Shown: positions 23,807-33,295 of the stretch, piece after piece
How positions within the stretch are numbered: the first letter of the stretch is position 1
Layout: each line of letters opens with the position of its first letter
Assembly (NCBI GenBank): GCA_042584585.1
Contig: JBHOSQ010000006.1
Location: forward strand, 266 to 64,265
DNA from: an archaeon
GTDB taxonomy: Archaea > B1Sed10-29 > WALL01
Length of the DNA: 64,000 nucleotides
Reading direction: 5' to 3'
Position numbers and translations under genes: made by a program
The notes under the pieces: generated by a model
The model's input: the letters and a program-made list of their open reading frames with translations, nothing else
Told to the model about the DNA's origin: nothing
Databases searched by the model: none

Positions 23807-26678
23807 TTTCTTCCACAATCCGCCGTTCTTTGGCACTTAAACCGTAGATATCATAAACGAGTTTATCAATCTTTGCATCAATAACAACGATTTCTTTTTC
23901 TAGTTTAGCACGCGCGTCCGTTTGTTTATCTCCAAATTCAGCACATTTGGAAGTTAAGCGCATCAGGACTTTTGCAAGTTTAATAATACTAGTTTTATTT
24001 TTCTCACTTGCGTTCGCTATAGGTAACCGCTCTAAGTACTGTTTATTACAAGAATAGAACCCCCCCCTGAAGGGCGTGCTTATCTTAGTTAAATAAAATG
24101 TTAATAACTTACTATTTAGTATGGCAGTAACATACTCGTAATCGTCATTGTTATCAAGTATAACTCCATTAACATCCACATTATCAAGGCAAAATTCCCC
24201 CTCAGAATCATAAACAGCATTAATACGGTGTGCTAACCGCGGGATGCAAATCTTCGGTAAGTGTTGTTTTGCTAGATTTTTAGGATAAACATATGCATAC
24301 CACTTTGATCCTTTCATCTTACCCTTTTCGCGATTTTCAAGCATTGATTTATTCTTGATTAGGTATTTTGCTAATTTGGGGTATGTTTTCTGCAATCTAT
24401 CAAATGGTAACAATACAGCTCGCCCCTCGGAAAGCACATATGGAAAAACCACGTGCTGTCTTGTTTTTAGTTCTTGGTAACGTTTAACATCAACACCGCT
24501 TAAAACTGGCTTTAGTAAAGGCGATTCAAGAGCAACCTCTTCTTTCAAAGAAACACTAACTAGTTTAGTGGATTCTACTCCGGAAAGTATCAGTGCCTTG
24601 TCTGCACTAGTTTGTACACCCACAAAAATTGATTGGGCTATATCGCCGAGTTTTGGGGATTTTTTTAACTTGTTAATTATTGGAAGCTCACTACTTGAAG
24701 CTAAAATCCAGGGGTCATCTTCTGTTGGGCGCGGAATCACAGATTTACTCAGATTTGTTTCGTTTAGACTCTGATCATTTTTTGTTTGTGTTGTCTTCAA
24801 CTCAGTATATTCAATTGGTTGTTTCGTTCCTTTTTTTAAGAAGAGTAAACAAGTGTATGTTGTGGCCCCTGAGAAAACTTGGAATTGTTTGAAATCAACT
24901 ATTTTGTGGAGCGCTTTCTTTGTGTGTATCACTTTGCGCAAGCCTTTACCATACTCTGCCGTAAAGAACTTAGAGGGTAAAATGTAACCCAACACCCCGC
25001 CTTCCCGCAGAAGACTCAATCCTTTCTCAACAAAAAGGCAATACATGTCATAGTTTCTTGTCGCGGCTTCATAATTAGAACTAAAATAGTTAACATCCTT
25101 CTTATTCATAGTTTGTAAGCGGATATACGGAGGGTTCCCAATTATTACGTCAAACCCACCCTCCTTCATCACATTCTCAAAGTTATCATTCCAGTCGAAA
25201 GTCTTGTCACCCGCCACTCCAGAGTCATCAATAAGGGAATTACCACACTTGATGCTGCCCTCCAAAGAGGGCAAAAGATGCCGTTTCTCAGTCATCTTCA
25301 GTAAAAGATTCAGCTGAGCTATTTCTACTGCTTTTTCATCAAGGTCAACACCGTGGATGTTATTTTTCAATATCTCAATCTTCTTTGTGATACGAGCACC
25401 ATCATCTCCGAGTTTCGACTGTGCATACTGCTTATCGTTCTTCATGTAATACTCATCAAGCACGTCAAAGGCTTTTATCAGAAATGAACCTGAGCCACAT
25501 GCAGGATCAAGTACGCGGATTTTATCCACATCCGCAGGCTTCTTTTTCTTTATTAGTTCGCCCAAAGTGTTCTTCACTATGTAGTCCACAATGTAAGTTG
25601 GTGTGTAGTAAATGCCTTGCTCCTTACGGTGTGATTTGCCCCCCGAAAGCTTAGCGCGTTTAGCCGTCGTCCGCAGGACAGAACCTAAATACTGCTCATA
25701 AACATTCCCAAGTACGTCTGCATCAATCAGCGCGAAGTCATATCGGACATTTCCATCCTTTGAGTAATACAAGGCATCTATGACACCATCAAGAACCGTA
25801 TCTGTTACTTTAACCTTGTCCGCTTCGTGCTCTTTTTCAGCGGTGCGACCGAACAGCTTACTGTCGTAGTTTTCACGATAATAACCAAAAATCTCCTTGA
25901 GTTCACGCGAGAGACTCCCACCCTTTTCGCGATAAGCATTCATGGATTCTTTGAGTTTGTTGCCCTCAATCTTTCTGTCCTCACAAGCACGAATAAAGAT
26001 CAAACGATCGATGATACGTTGAACTATCTCATCGATTTCTTCTTGCGAGTACTTGTCGGGGTGTGCCTTTTTTATGTCTTTTGACAAGGCTGCGCGCCAG
26101 ACTAATAGTTCTTTCAGCAATAGTTCGGAAACGCTCTTGCGTGGCGTCCTCTTGCCAACTGTAATTGCGTAGTCAACCATGGCATTTTTGTCGAACGCTT
26201 CCTTGCTAAGTAACCAGAGCTTGTCGAATTCGTTAAGAAATTGAGTGTAGCGGAGCTCAAACACTTGGTTACGCCAGATGTTTTGCTCATTCCACTCACA
26301 ATTAAAGACCTTGAGTCCCTCAAAATCAGTAAGCACGGCCCAGGTCACTCCTTTGTTGAAACCATAGGATATAGCCTGTTTCGCGAACTCGCTGTTATCT
26401 AAGTTTGCTTTTGCCCCTTTAGCTTCAACGAAAAATCTTATGACGCCATCTAAGCGGAAGGCATAATCCGCACGACCCCGAAGCACGCGCTGCTCTTTAA
26501 TAACCTCATCATCTGTGCGCTCGTTGCGCATATCCCAACCGAGCGCTTCGAATAAGGGTTCAATGAACTCATTTTTAGTGCGTTCCTCGGAATAACCACG
26601 TAACTTGTCCTCGTCAACAATACGCTGGAACTTAGTGATTAACCCTTCAATTCGTTGTTTAGCATTTCCTTTATCCAC
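23796..26678 (-). CDS. Type IIG restriction-modification enzyme (Eco57I/MmeI-like: N-terminal PD-(D/E)XK nuclease fused to gamma-class N6-adenine methyltransferase and target-recognition region)
   Basis: 960 aa. N-terminus RADYAF...FFVEAKG is D...ExK. GIYYTPTYIVDYIV, then VLDPACGSGSFLI (motif I) and FDVIIGNPPYIR (NPPY motif IV). GTG start. AT-rich codon usage unlike the flanks. Confidence 0.85.
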   Translation of the reverse strand: MDKGNAKQRIEGLITKFQRIVDEDKLRGYSEERTKNEFIEPLFEALGWDMRNERTDDEVIKEQRVLRGRADYAFRLDGVIRFFVEAKGAKANLDNSEFAKQAISYGFNKGVTWAVLTDFEGLKVFNCEWNEQNIWRNQVFELRYTQFLNEFDKLWLLSKEAFDKNAMVDYAITVGKRTPRKSVSELLLKELLVWRAALSKDIKKAHPDKYSQEEIDEIVQRIIDRLIFIRACEDRKIEGNKLKESMNAYREKGGSLSRELKEIFGYYRENYDSKLFGRTAEKEHEADKVKVTDTVLDGVIDALYYSKDGNVRYDFALIDADVLGNVYEQYLGSVLRTTAKRAKLSGGKSHRKEQGIYYTPTYIVDYIVKNTLGELIKKKKPADVDKIRVLDPACGSGSFLIKAFDVLDEYYMKNDKQYAQSKLGDDGARITKKIEILKNNIHGVDLDEKAVEIAQLNLLLKMTEKRHLLPSLEGSIKCGNSLIDDSGVAGDKTFDWNDNFENVMKEGGFDVIIGNPPYIRLQTMNKKDVNYFSSNYEAATRNYDMYCLFVEKGLSLLREGGVLGYILPSKFFTAEYGKGLRKVIHTKKALHKIVDFKQFQVFSGATTYTCLLFLKKGTKQPIEYTELKTTQTKNDQSLNETNLSKSVIPRPTEDDPWILASSSELPIINKLKKSPKLGDIAQSIFVGVQTSADKALILSGVESTKLVSVSLKEEVALESPLLKPVLSGVDVKRYQELKTRQHVVFPYVLSEGRAVLLPFDRLQKTYPKLAKYLIKNKSMLENREKGKMKGSKWYAYVYPKNLAKQHLPKICIPRLAHRINAVYDSEGEFCLDNVDVNGVILDNNDDYEYVTAILNSKLLTFYLTKISTPFRGGFYSCNKQYLERLPIANASEKNKTSIIKLAKVLMRLTSKCAEFGDKQTDARAKLEKEIVVIDAKIDKLVYDIYGLSAKERRIVEETIS

Positions 26679-26700
26679 GGACTAGGCTATTGATTTGACG

Positions 26701-26717
26701 AATTTATGCCTACCGGT
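26701..26717 (-). promoter_or_regulatory. island-specific promoter motif (type IIG gene)
   Basis: The reverse complement is accggtaggcataaatt, with the TATA about 28 nt upstream of the GTG start at 26678. Confidence 0.5.
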
Positions 26718-26775
26718 AGCGAGATAGGATCTGATGAACCGAAAAGATCAAAAATGGGGCCTTCGTTAGGCCCCT

Positions 26776-27927
26776 ATGGCGAAGAGTATCTGGGAAACCG
26801 CAGTTGAGGTCCTTAAAAAACACGGTCAACCAATGCATTACACTGAACTATCCAAAAATGTCTTTAAGAGCCATGATACAAAAGGCAAAACCCCTTGGCA
26901 AACACTAAACGCTCAGATGAATCGAAAAAATATGGTTTTCCAGAGATTCGGACCAGGGATATACGGCCTTGTTGAATGGAAGGGACGCAATATCCCTGCG
27001 GGCGAAAAGTACAGGGGATTGTGGCCACTACCAGGAGGAACCAAACAGTACGTAGATACATTATTTTCAGCATTGCGTTATGTAAAAAGAAACAAACCAA
27101 AAATGAAGGAGTTTGTAAAGTGGTTTCTGAAGGAATATGGCAAATTGAAAAGCCCGGGGGTGGCAAGATCTTATATTTACTTGATTAAAAAGCTGGGTTT
27201 CATCAAGAAAGAAGGAAAAATTTACATTCTGACGGACCTCGGAAAAACTGCAGTGAAGACCCGGTCTTACTCTTTTGTTTTTGATGTGTTAGATGCTAGC
27301 TTTTTGGGTGTTAGAGATCTGCTTCAAAGGGTTAAAGGAAAATCGTCCTCTTTAGAAGAGTTAAACAAATTTCTCAAAAATAAATATGGCACGGGTTGGA
27401 AGGGAACCGCACAAGCATTATGGAGAACACGTTGGTTGATAAGTCTAGGCGCACTTGAGAAAAAAGGGGGTAACTATTTTATCACAAAAACCGGGGAAAA
27501 ACTCCTTTCCAGACCACTATTAACAGTTGCAGTAAAAAAAGAAAAAGTAAAGGTTCAAAAAACGCCTCAAGCAAGGATTCGCCGCATAGTCGGGAAAAGA
27601 ACTAGTTTAGCTGGAATGAGTTACGAGCCAGTAAACGAGAAAGGCGTTATATTCCTTTTTGGATACTACCTCAAGAAACTAGGTTTTTCTCATGTCGAAG
27701 CAGTACAAGCAGGATTCCCTGATGCTACGGCAATACGGCCGATAGGCAAAAATAAACTAGAGGAAGTAAGGATAGAGTTTGAGTTCAAAAGCAGTAACTT
27801 CAAACAACACAAGCATATTGTCCAACAATGCGACCTCATAGTATGCTGGCAACATGATTGGAAAGATTGTCCCTTGGACGTTATAGAGTTAAAGAGCAAA
27901 TTGGAAGAGCTTGAAAAGGGTACGTAA
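26776..27927 (+). CDS. HARE-HTH domain protein with C-terminal PD-(D/E)XK-like nuclease fold
   Basis: N-terminus SIWETAVEVLKKHGQPMHYTEL...TPWQTLNAQM...FQRFGPGIYGL is the HARE-HTH signature. C-terminus GFPDATA...VRIEFEFKS...CDLIVCWQHDW fits PD...ExK. It is divergent from the type IIG gene. Confidence 0.6.
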   Translation: MAKSIWETAVEVLKKHGQPMHYTELSKNVFKSHDTKGKTPWQTLNAQMNRKNMVFQRFGPGIYGLVEWKGRNIPAGEKYRGLWPLPGGTKQYVDTLFSALRYVKRNKPKMKEFVKWFLKEYGKLKSPGVARSYIYLIKKLGFIKKEGKIYILTDLGKTAVKTRSYSFVFDVLDASFLGVRDLLQRVKGKSSSLEELNKFLKNKYGTGWKGTAQALWRTRWLISLGALEKKGGNYFITKTGEKLLSRPLLTVAVKKEKVKVQKTPQARIRRIVGKRTSLAGMSYEPVNEKGVIFLFGYYLKKLGFSHVEAVQAGFPDATAIRPIGKNKLEEVRIEFEFKSSNFKQHKHIVQQCDLIVCWQHDWKDCPLDVIELKSKLEELEKGT

Positions 27928-27931
27928 GTAG

Positions 27932-28150
27932 TCAACAAACCCTCGCCATCCTATACCCTCCTTCTTCCGCTTCCTCGGCGCCTCTAAACCAAACCCTGTT
28001 CTCCACCTTTATACGATTAGCGTACATGCAGCCTGGCCGGTGGTAGACGTCCGAGTTCTTACTGCCCACGAACGGGCCTCCGTAGGTCAAGTCGTCCCAT
28101 TGGAGGGCGAGGACGAGAATTAAGAGGATGAGGATTAAACGGTAGTCCAT
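27932..28150 (-). CDS. small membrane-anchored protein with Ada-like metal-binding motif
   Basis: 72 aa with an N-terminal TM (LILILLILVLAL). VYHRPGCMYANRI...FRGAEEAEEGGYRMARVC resembles the YHxxxC...GYRxC motif. Confidence 0.4.
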   Translation of the reverse strand: MDYRLILILLILVLALQWDDLTYGGPFVGSKNSDVYHRPGCMYANRIKVENRVWFRGAEEAEEGGYRMARVC

Positions 28151-28188
28151 AAACTAAGTGAGCAAAAATTCGTTTAAATAGGCTTCGC

Positions 28189-28536
28189 CTATGTAACTTG
28201 CCGAGAATGTCTCTCTTTTTCCCTTGCTTTAGCCTTCTGGCGATATTCCTTCAGATAGGCCTTCCTTTTCGTTGTCTGGTCTCGTTTCCGTAACCGTTTC
28301 TTCACTTCGGGACGCCGATTATACTCATAAGCATACTCGCGCTTCCGTTCTTTAGCTTCAGGACGCTGCTGATACTCACGTATGTACTTTCGCCTACGCT
28401 CCTTGACGTCTGGACGCTGGAAATACGCCTTAGCATACTCTGCCCTACGCGTCTTGGGTTCATCCTTTTTGTAGTACTCCCGCATATACTCTCGTAAGTA
28501 CTCACGTCGCTTTTGTTCAGGTGTTGATGTAGGCAT
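28189..28536 (-). CDS. highly basic tandem-repeat protein
   Basis: 115 aa with about three repeats of a ~17-aa unit (QRPDVKERRRKYIREY / QRPEAKERKREYAYEY / RRPEVKKRLRKR). Function unknown. Confidence 0.5.
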   Translation of the reverse strand: MPTSTPEQKRREYLREYMREYYKKDEPKTRRAEYAKAYFQRPDVKERRRKYIREYQQRPEAKERKREYAYEYNRRPEVKKRLRKRDQTTKRKAYLKEYRQKAKAREKERHSRQVT

Positions 28537-28597
28537 TGATTGCTTCTTTGGAACACACGATTGATAAAGCTTTGGCTAATAACCCTTCATCGCCTTC

Positions 28598-29716
28598 CTA
28601 CACTCCTTTCCTAACCCATTCGCCGATAGTACCATTTTTCTCAATTTTCTTGACTAATCCCGAATCTGGAAAATTGTCACCTAGAGACGAATTACACCAT
28701 TTGCAGGTTAGGTAAAGATTATCTGGATGGTTTACATTAGTATGCAAAAAAGTAAATTTACTGGCCCAGTTTTGGGGGATTATATGGCCAAACGCCAGGT
28801 CTTTATCCAGAATGTCTGCAAAGGGCTTGTGTTCACAACCAGTCCCCGGGCAGGTCTTAGCATGTTTCCGTGCATAGCTCTTTAGCTTCTTTGATCTATG
28901 GCCCTTAAGATTCTCAAAACTATATTCCATAGCCATTTCTTCATCAAGAGGTCGCCGTTGTTTTATATCGTGGGATATTTCTGAAGCAAAAAGTCCATTT
29001 ATGATTTCCATGGCATCGTTTCTGCCTAGTAACTGCACCTCAACTGGATCCTGTATCCGGCTTTTTCTTTTTGTAGGCTTAATCTTACCTGGGCAGATTA
29101 TGAATACTTGGTTTAACCCTTCATCTATCTTGTAATCAAACCACATTACCACAAGAACTAACCCAGAATAATACAACTCTTTTGCGAGTAACTCAGTGAA
29201 ACGATATCGGAGCATGCCCACCCAATTTAAAGGAGGTTGATATACAAAAGTACCATCTGGCGAGATTTCGTCTTTATAGTTCCCAAAAGAATGTCTGAAT
29301 GCTAACAGCGTAAGTTTATTTTTGGAGAGTAAGACACCATGTTCTTCTGGACGGAGTATCCGTGATTTTTTGTTTGTGGGTAACAATTGAGCCCCTAAAG
29401 AAACTAATTTATCTGCAGTGAATACATCTAAATCCCGATCCCGCATCTGCCAAGCACGAATGAATGCTGGGGGCGTACTTACTAATGGGAGCATACGGCG
29501 TATTTGAGCGTAGGTGTAATGCAATTCTTGTTCATAAAAAACGGGTTTTTTGTTAAGACGACTAAAACTTCTCATTAAAGAATCTTTACTTACTAGAATC
29601 GTCCCTTCGTGCCCGTGAATAGAAACTTTCTTGTCTGTATCACTGTATGACTCAATGTATTCAACAAGCTTGCCTTTAGTCTTTTTTATGCGCTGTTGAA
29701 GGAGAGTTTCCACCAT
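28598..29716 (-). CDS. HNH endonuclease with large uncharacterised N-terminal domain
   Basis: C-terminus CPGTGCEH...FGHIIPQNW...HPDNLYLTCKWCNSSLG is an HNH beta-beta-alpha-Me motif with flanking Cys pairs. The N-terminal ~280 aa is unassigned. It shares promoter motif CCGRTAGGCATAAATT with the type IIG gene. Confidence 0.7.
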   Translation of the reverse strand: MVETLLQQRIKKTKGKLVEYIESYSDTDKKVSIHGHEGTILVSKDSLMRSFSRLNKKPVFYEQELHYTYAQIRRMLPLVSTPPAFIRAWQMRDRDLDVFTADKLVSLGAQLLPTNKKSRILRPEEHGVLLSKNKLTLLAFRHSFGNYKDEISPDGTFVYQPPLNWVGMLRYRFTELLAKELYYSGLVLVVMWFDYKIDEGLNQVFIICPGKIKPTKRKSRIQDPVEVQLLGRNDAMEIINGLFASEISHDIKQRRPLDEEMAMEYSFENLKGHRSKKLKSYARKHAKTCPGTGCEHKPFADILDKDLAFGHIIPQNWASKFTFLHTNVNHPDNLYLTCKWCNSSLGDNFPDSGLVKKIEKNGTIGEWVRKGV

Positions 29717-29737
29717 AACTGCCTTAGTGGGTGGCTT

Positions 29738-29754
29738 AATTTATGCCTATCGGT
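29738..29754 (-). promoter_or_regulatory. island-specific promoter motif (HNH gene)
   Basis: The reverse complement is accgataggcataaatt, with the TATA about 25 nt upstream of ATG 29716. It matches 26701-26717 at 16 of 17 positions. Confidence 0.5.
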
Positions 29755-29900
29755 CCATCAACCATAGGCCACGTCTATATCCTCCGTCCCTTTAGCAATC
29801 CATCGCTCAAGCATCAAACCGAGCTTCTAGGCATACTAATATATTAAAAATGGGTGTACCACTATAATCTTTATTCCATGAAGTCCCATAGTGATAATCC

Positions 29901-32042
29901 ATGAAAAAACCCGTGAAAACCATCAAGTTTACGGTTGACGCCAAACTCCTTGAAGAACTTGGTGAACGTTTGGTAGGAAAACCGTACGTAGCCCTAGCCG
30001 AATTGATCAAAAACAGTTATGACGCAGATGCCACGAAGGTAACAATAAAACTTGATGATCAAAACGATTCAATAACTATAGAGGATAACGGACACGGCAT
30101 GAATAAGACTGAATTCACGAACTTTTGGATGCGCATAGGATCAAGGCATAAGGAAAGACAGAAATTTTCAACGGGATTTAAGAGGCCAATCACGGGATCT
30201 AAGGGAGTCGGGAGACTGGCGGTACAACTCTTAGCAAATAACCTACTACTTGAGACCGTGTCCAAAAAGGATAAGACTAAAAAGATAATCTCACGTGTTG
30301 ATTGGAAAAAAGCGATTAACCAAGGTGAGCTGACCAACGCCGAAGCGGAGTATGAGACTAAAAAATCAAAAGAAGGCTTCAAGCCTGGGACAAAGATTAC
30401 TCTCAATGGATTAAAACAGAAGTGGGATGACGAAAAGATAGGTGGTTTGGCTACGCAGATATGGGTTTTACAGCCCCCCTTTGGTGGAAAGTCGCTTGGA
30501 AAGAAAGAACAAAGAATTGCTTTTGATATAGATCTTGAATCTCCTAACAAAGAATTGGAGAAAGAATTTAAGGATAAAATTAACGCGATTAGAGGGATAT
30601 GGCACGCAAGGATAGTTGGCGAAAACAAAAAAGGCCGCGTTAAAATCCACTTTGAGTTCCGAGGGGGAGAACCAAAAACGTGGGAATTTAGAATACCCCA
30701 CGCTGCCCTTGAGGGTGGAAACTTCGACATACGAGTGTATAAATTACAAGGAAAACAGCCAGAAGGGATACTGGTGGATGACGCCCGTGACTATTTAAGA
30801 ACCCACGGGGGAGTCCATGTGTATGACACTGGCTTCCATCTCCCACAGTATGGGAGCGGCCCTGAAGAAGATTGGTTGGGTCTAGAAATGCAACACGCAC
30901 ATCGATTGAGTAAGTCTCAGCTGTTGCCAGACAATATGCAAAAGGACTTTGAACACCCACTGAATAACATTCCTACCCTAACCCGTGTTTTGGGTGTTGT
31001 AAATGTGAACACATCAAAAGAAACAGATTTAGACATACTTGTAACCAGAGATAGACTAAAAGACACCCAAGCGTTTCAGGATCTAAAACTGATCTGCCAG
31101 ACTGCCATGCATTTCTATGCAGTGGAAGAAACGAGAAGGAAAAATCGGGTGAGGGCAAGATGGGGCGAGATAAAGAAAAAAGATGAGGAATTTAAGAGAG
31201 TGGAGGAAGTTCTTGAAAAGCACAAGTCGCAGATTCCTAAAAAAGTGTATGAAGAAGTCCACGAGAACATTGAACGGGTTATGGACAAGATTGGAACAGA
31301 ATCGAAGGCAGTAACGAAGAGACTGTCTTTAATGGGTGCTCTCGCCACGGCTGGCATTTCGTCTCTAGCAGTGCAACACGAATTGAAGAGACAGTTTAAA
31401 GGTATTAGGGACATAACTGTCCAGATAGACCAACTCAACATAAAAGATAAAGAAGAGAGAGCAAGATTACAGAACTTGAAAAGGAAGTTAACGGATTGGC
31501 TCCATCGAGCTGAAGCAGTAAATAATCTCTTTGCTTATGTGACTGATGAAAGTAACAGGGGCAAAGCGAGTAGATCCCGCGCCCTAAGTGTTGTAAAAGA
31601 GCTCGTGGGACAATTAGGGCCAGTTATGGAGGGGGCAACTATTCATACAGATAGATTGGATAAGGATATACTCCTCCCCAAAGCAACAATGGCGGAATGG
31701 GGCTCAATATTCCAAAATGTGTTCTTGAACGCATTTAATGCCATGCTTAGTTCTAAGAAAAAGATTATCGATGTGAGTTCAAGAAGGGAGGGTAAATCGC
31801 GCGAGATTGTAATACAGGACACCGGTTGTGGTCTTGAACTCAAGAATTCGGAGAAACTATTCGAACTTTTCGAACGGGGGGCGGAGTTATCCTCCGCACG
31901 ACGGGATCTGGGATATGGTGGGGGCGGAATGGGACTCACGATAGTGAGGTTCATTGCGAGGAATATAGGCTGTAAAGTCGCATTCGTAGAACCAGAGGAT
32001 GGATTCAAAACTGCATTTAGCATAAAATGGGAGGAGATATGA
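29901..32042 (+). CDS. dual GHKL protein: N-terminal MORC/Hsp90-like ATPase (HATPase_c_3-type) fused to a C-terminal histidine-kinase core (HisKA-like H-box plus HATPase_c)
   Basis: N-terminus: LAELIKNSYDADA (Bergerat motif I), IEDNGHGM (motif II), GSKGVGRLA (motif III). C-terminus: SLAVQHELKRQF (H-box-like), IFQNVFLNAFNAM (N box), IQDTGCGL (G1), LFELFERG (F), GGGGMGLTIV (G2). Confidence 0.8.
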   Translation: MKKPVKTIKFTVDAKLLEELGERLVGKPYVALAELIKNSYDADATKVTIKLDDQNDSITIEDNGHGMNKTEFTNFWMRIGSRHKERQKFSTGFKRPITGSKGVGRLAVQLLANNLLLETVSKKDKTKKIISRVDWKKAINQGELTNAEAEYETKKSKEGFKPGTKITLNGLKQKWDDEKIGGLATQIWVLQPPFGGKSLGKKEQRIAFDIDLESPNKELEKEFKDKINAIRGIWHARIVGENKKGRVKIHFEFRGGEPKTWEFRIPHAALEGGNFDIRVYKLQGKQPEGILVDDARDYLRTHGGVHVYDTGFHLPQYGSGPEEDWLGLEMQHAHRLSKSQLLPDNMQKDFEHPLNNIPTLTRVLGVVNVNTSKETDLDILVTRDRLKDTQAFQDLKLICQTAMHFYAVEETRRKNRVRARWGEIKKKDEEFKRVEEVLEKHKSQIPKKVYEEVHENIERVMDKIGTESKAVTKRLSLMGALATAGISSLAVQHELKRQFKGIRDITVQIDQLNIKDKEERARLQNLKRKLTDWLHRAEAVNNLFAYVTDESNRGKASRSRALSVVKELVGQLGPVMEGATIHTDRLDKDILLPKATMAEWGSIFQNVFLNAFNAMLSSKKKIIDVSSRREGKSREIVIQDTGCGLELKNSEKLFELFERGAELSSARRDLGYGGGGMGLTIVRFIARNIGCKVAFVEPEDGFKTAFSIKWEEI

Positions 32043-32043
32043 C

Positions 32044-33252
32044 ATGGGCAAGGGCAAGATATTTGTGTATGATGATGAACCAGAAAGCGCAACACAATAC
32101 AAAAATAAATTAGAACACCTTGGGATTGTTTCAAAGAAGTTCAAAGTCGAACGTATAACAAAAGAAGAGTTTGAAAATCCGAAAAAAGGGATTGGAATAT
32201 TGCGAGATAGACGAGAAAAGTTAAGATCCAAAAAGATAAGGTTAGAGGGCTCTATATTCGACGAAGAAAATGCCATATTTCTTATAGATTACGATCTTGT
32301 TGGGGGTGCTGAACAACTCGGTATCCGGACTGGCGAAGATGTAGCATACTTTCTACGCTGTTTTTCGAAGTGTGGTTTGATAATCGGGGTGAGCACATTA
32401 TGGGATAATGTTTTCGACCTCTCACTCAAAAGCGAATCAGAGCATTATTTAGACTTGCGGATTGGTGGAGCTCAAGTGGATAATGCGAGGTTATGGGGTG
32501 AAGGAGAAGAGGAGTTCAGGCCATGGTCCTGGCCTGACTTAAACCGCTTATCCGAGACCTTTGAAAAGAGAGTACGAGATGTGAAAAGTAACTTTGACAA
32601 AGAGATATACGACACACTCGGTTTCTCAACTAGCATAGCTAAATACCTCCCCCCGTCCGTAAGTGAGTTTTTGGGTGGTGAACCACTTAAAGTGACATTC
32701 AGAGACTTCCTCACAGGATCTGAGAAAGGCTTAGATGGCAAAGACCGGGATTACGTCGATAACCTCCCAAAAAATCAACAAGCCAGGTTAACTGCGGCAC
32801 GGTTGTCCAGATGGCTTGAAACGGTTGTCTTGCCCGATCAGGATATTCTTGTGGATGCCCCCCACCTCGTCTCCAGGCTACCAACTCTCTTGAAAAAGAC
32901 CAACCCAACTGTAGAGGATCTAAATAAGACAGCTAGTTTTGGAGACGCGGAAAAACTTGGGCTGAAACATGAAGATATAGAAGAGTTCAGATTCAAGAAG
33001 GACTATTGGTTATCCAGATCAGCGTGGTTTTGGAGTGAACTCTCTGAGAATATAGACTGGTTAAAACAAAAAGGGGGAAAAAGAGTGTTGCTCAATGATA
33101 ACGTATTCTGTGAAGATACATCTAGATTTCACAAAAGAGAGCGATGTAAGGAATTCGAGGCAGATATATCCTCCCCGTATAGACGGCGTTACGTGAAAAA
33201 ACTGGGCGGCGATTTTAGGTATGAGAACCCCGGCAGACTCTCCAGCATTTGA
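32044..33252 (+). CDS. receiver(REC)-like N-terminal domain protein with uncharacterised ~270-aa C-terminal domain
   Basis: The start is 1 nt after the upstream stop, with GGGAGGAG SD-like sequence upstream. KIFVYDDEPE (acidic pocket-like) and AIFLIDYDLVGG (candidate phospho-acceptor Asp) suggest a divergent REC fold. The spacing is longer than canonical. Confidence 0.5.
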   Translation: MGKGKIFVYDDEPESATQYKNKLEHLGIVSKKFKVERITKEEFENPKKGIGILRDRREKLRSKKIRLEGSIFDEENAIFLIDYDLVGGAEQLGIRTGEDVAYFLRCFSKCGLIIGVSTLWDNVFDLSLKSESEHYLDLRIGGAQVDNARLWGEGEEEFRPWSWPDLNRLSETFEKRVRDVKSNFDKEIYDTLGFSTSIAKYLPPSVSEFLGGEPLKVTFRDFLTGSEKGLDGKDRDYVDNLPKNQQARLTAARLSRWLETVVLPDQDILVDAPHLVSRLPTLLKKTNPTVEDLNKTASFGDAEKLGLKHEDIEEFRFKKDYWLSRSAWFWSELSENIDWLKQKGGKRVLLNDNVFCEDTSRFHKRERCKEFEADISSPYRRRYVKKLGGDFRYENPGRLSSI

Positions 33253-33295
33253 ATTGGCGTTATTCCAATAAAAAAATACGGAGTAGGAATTGAAA

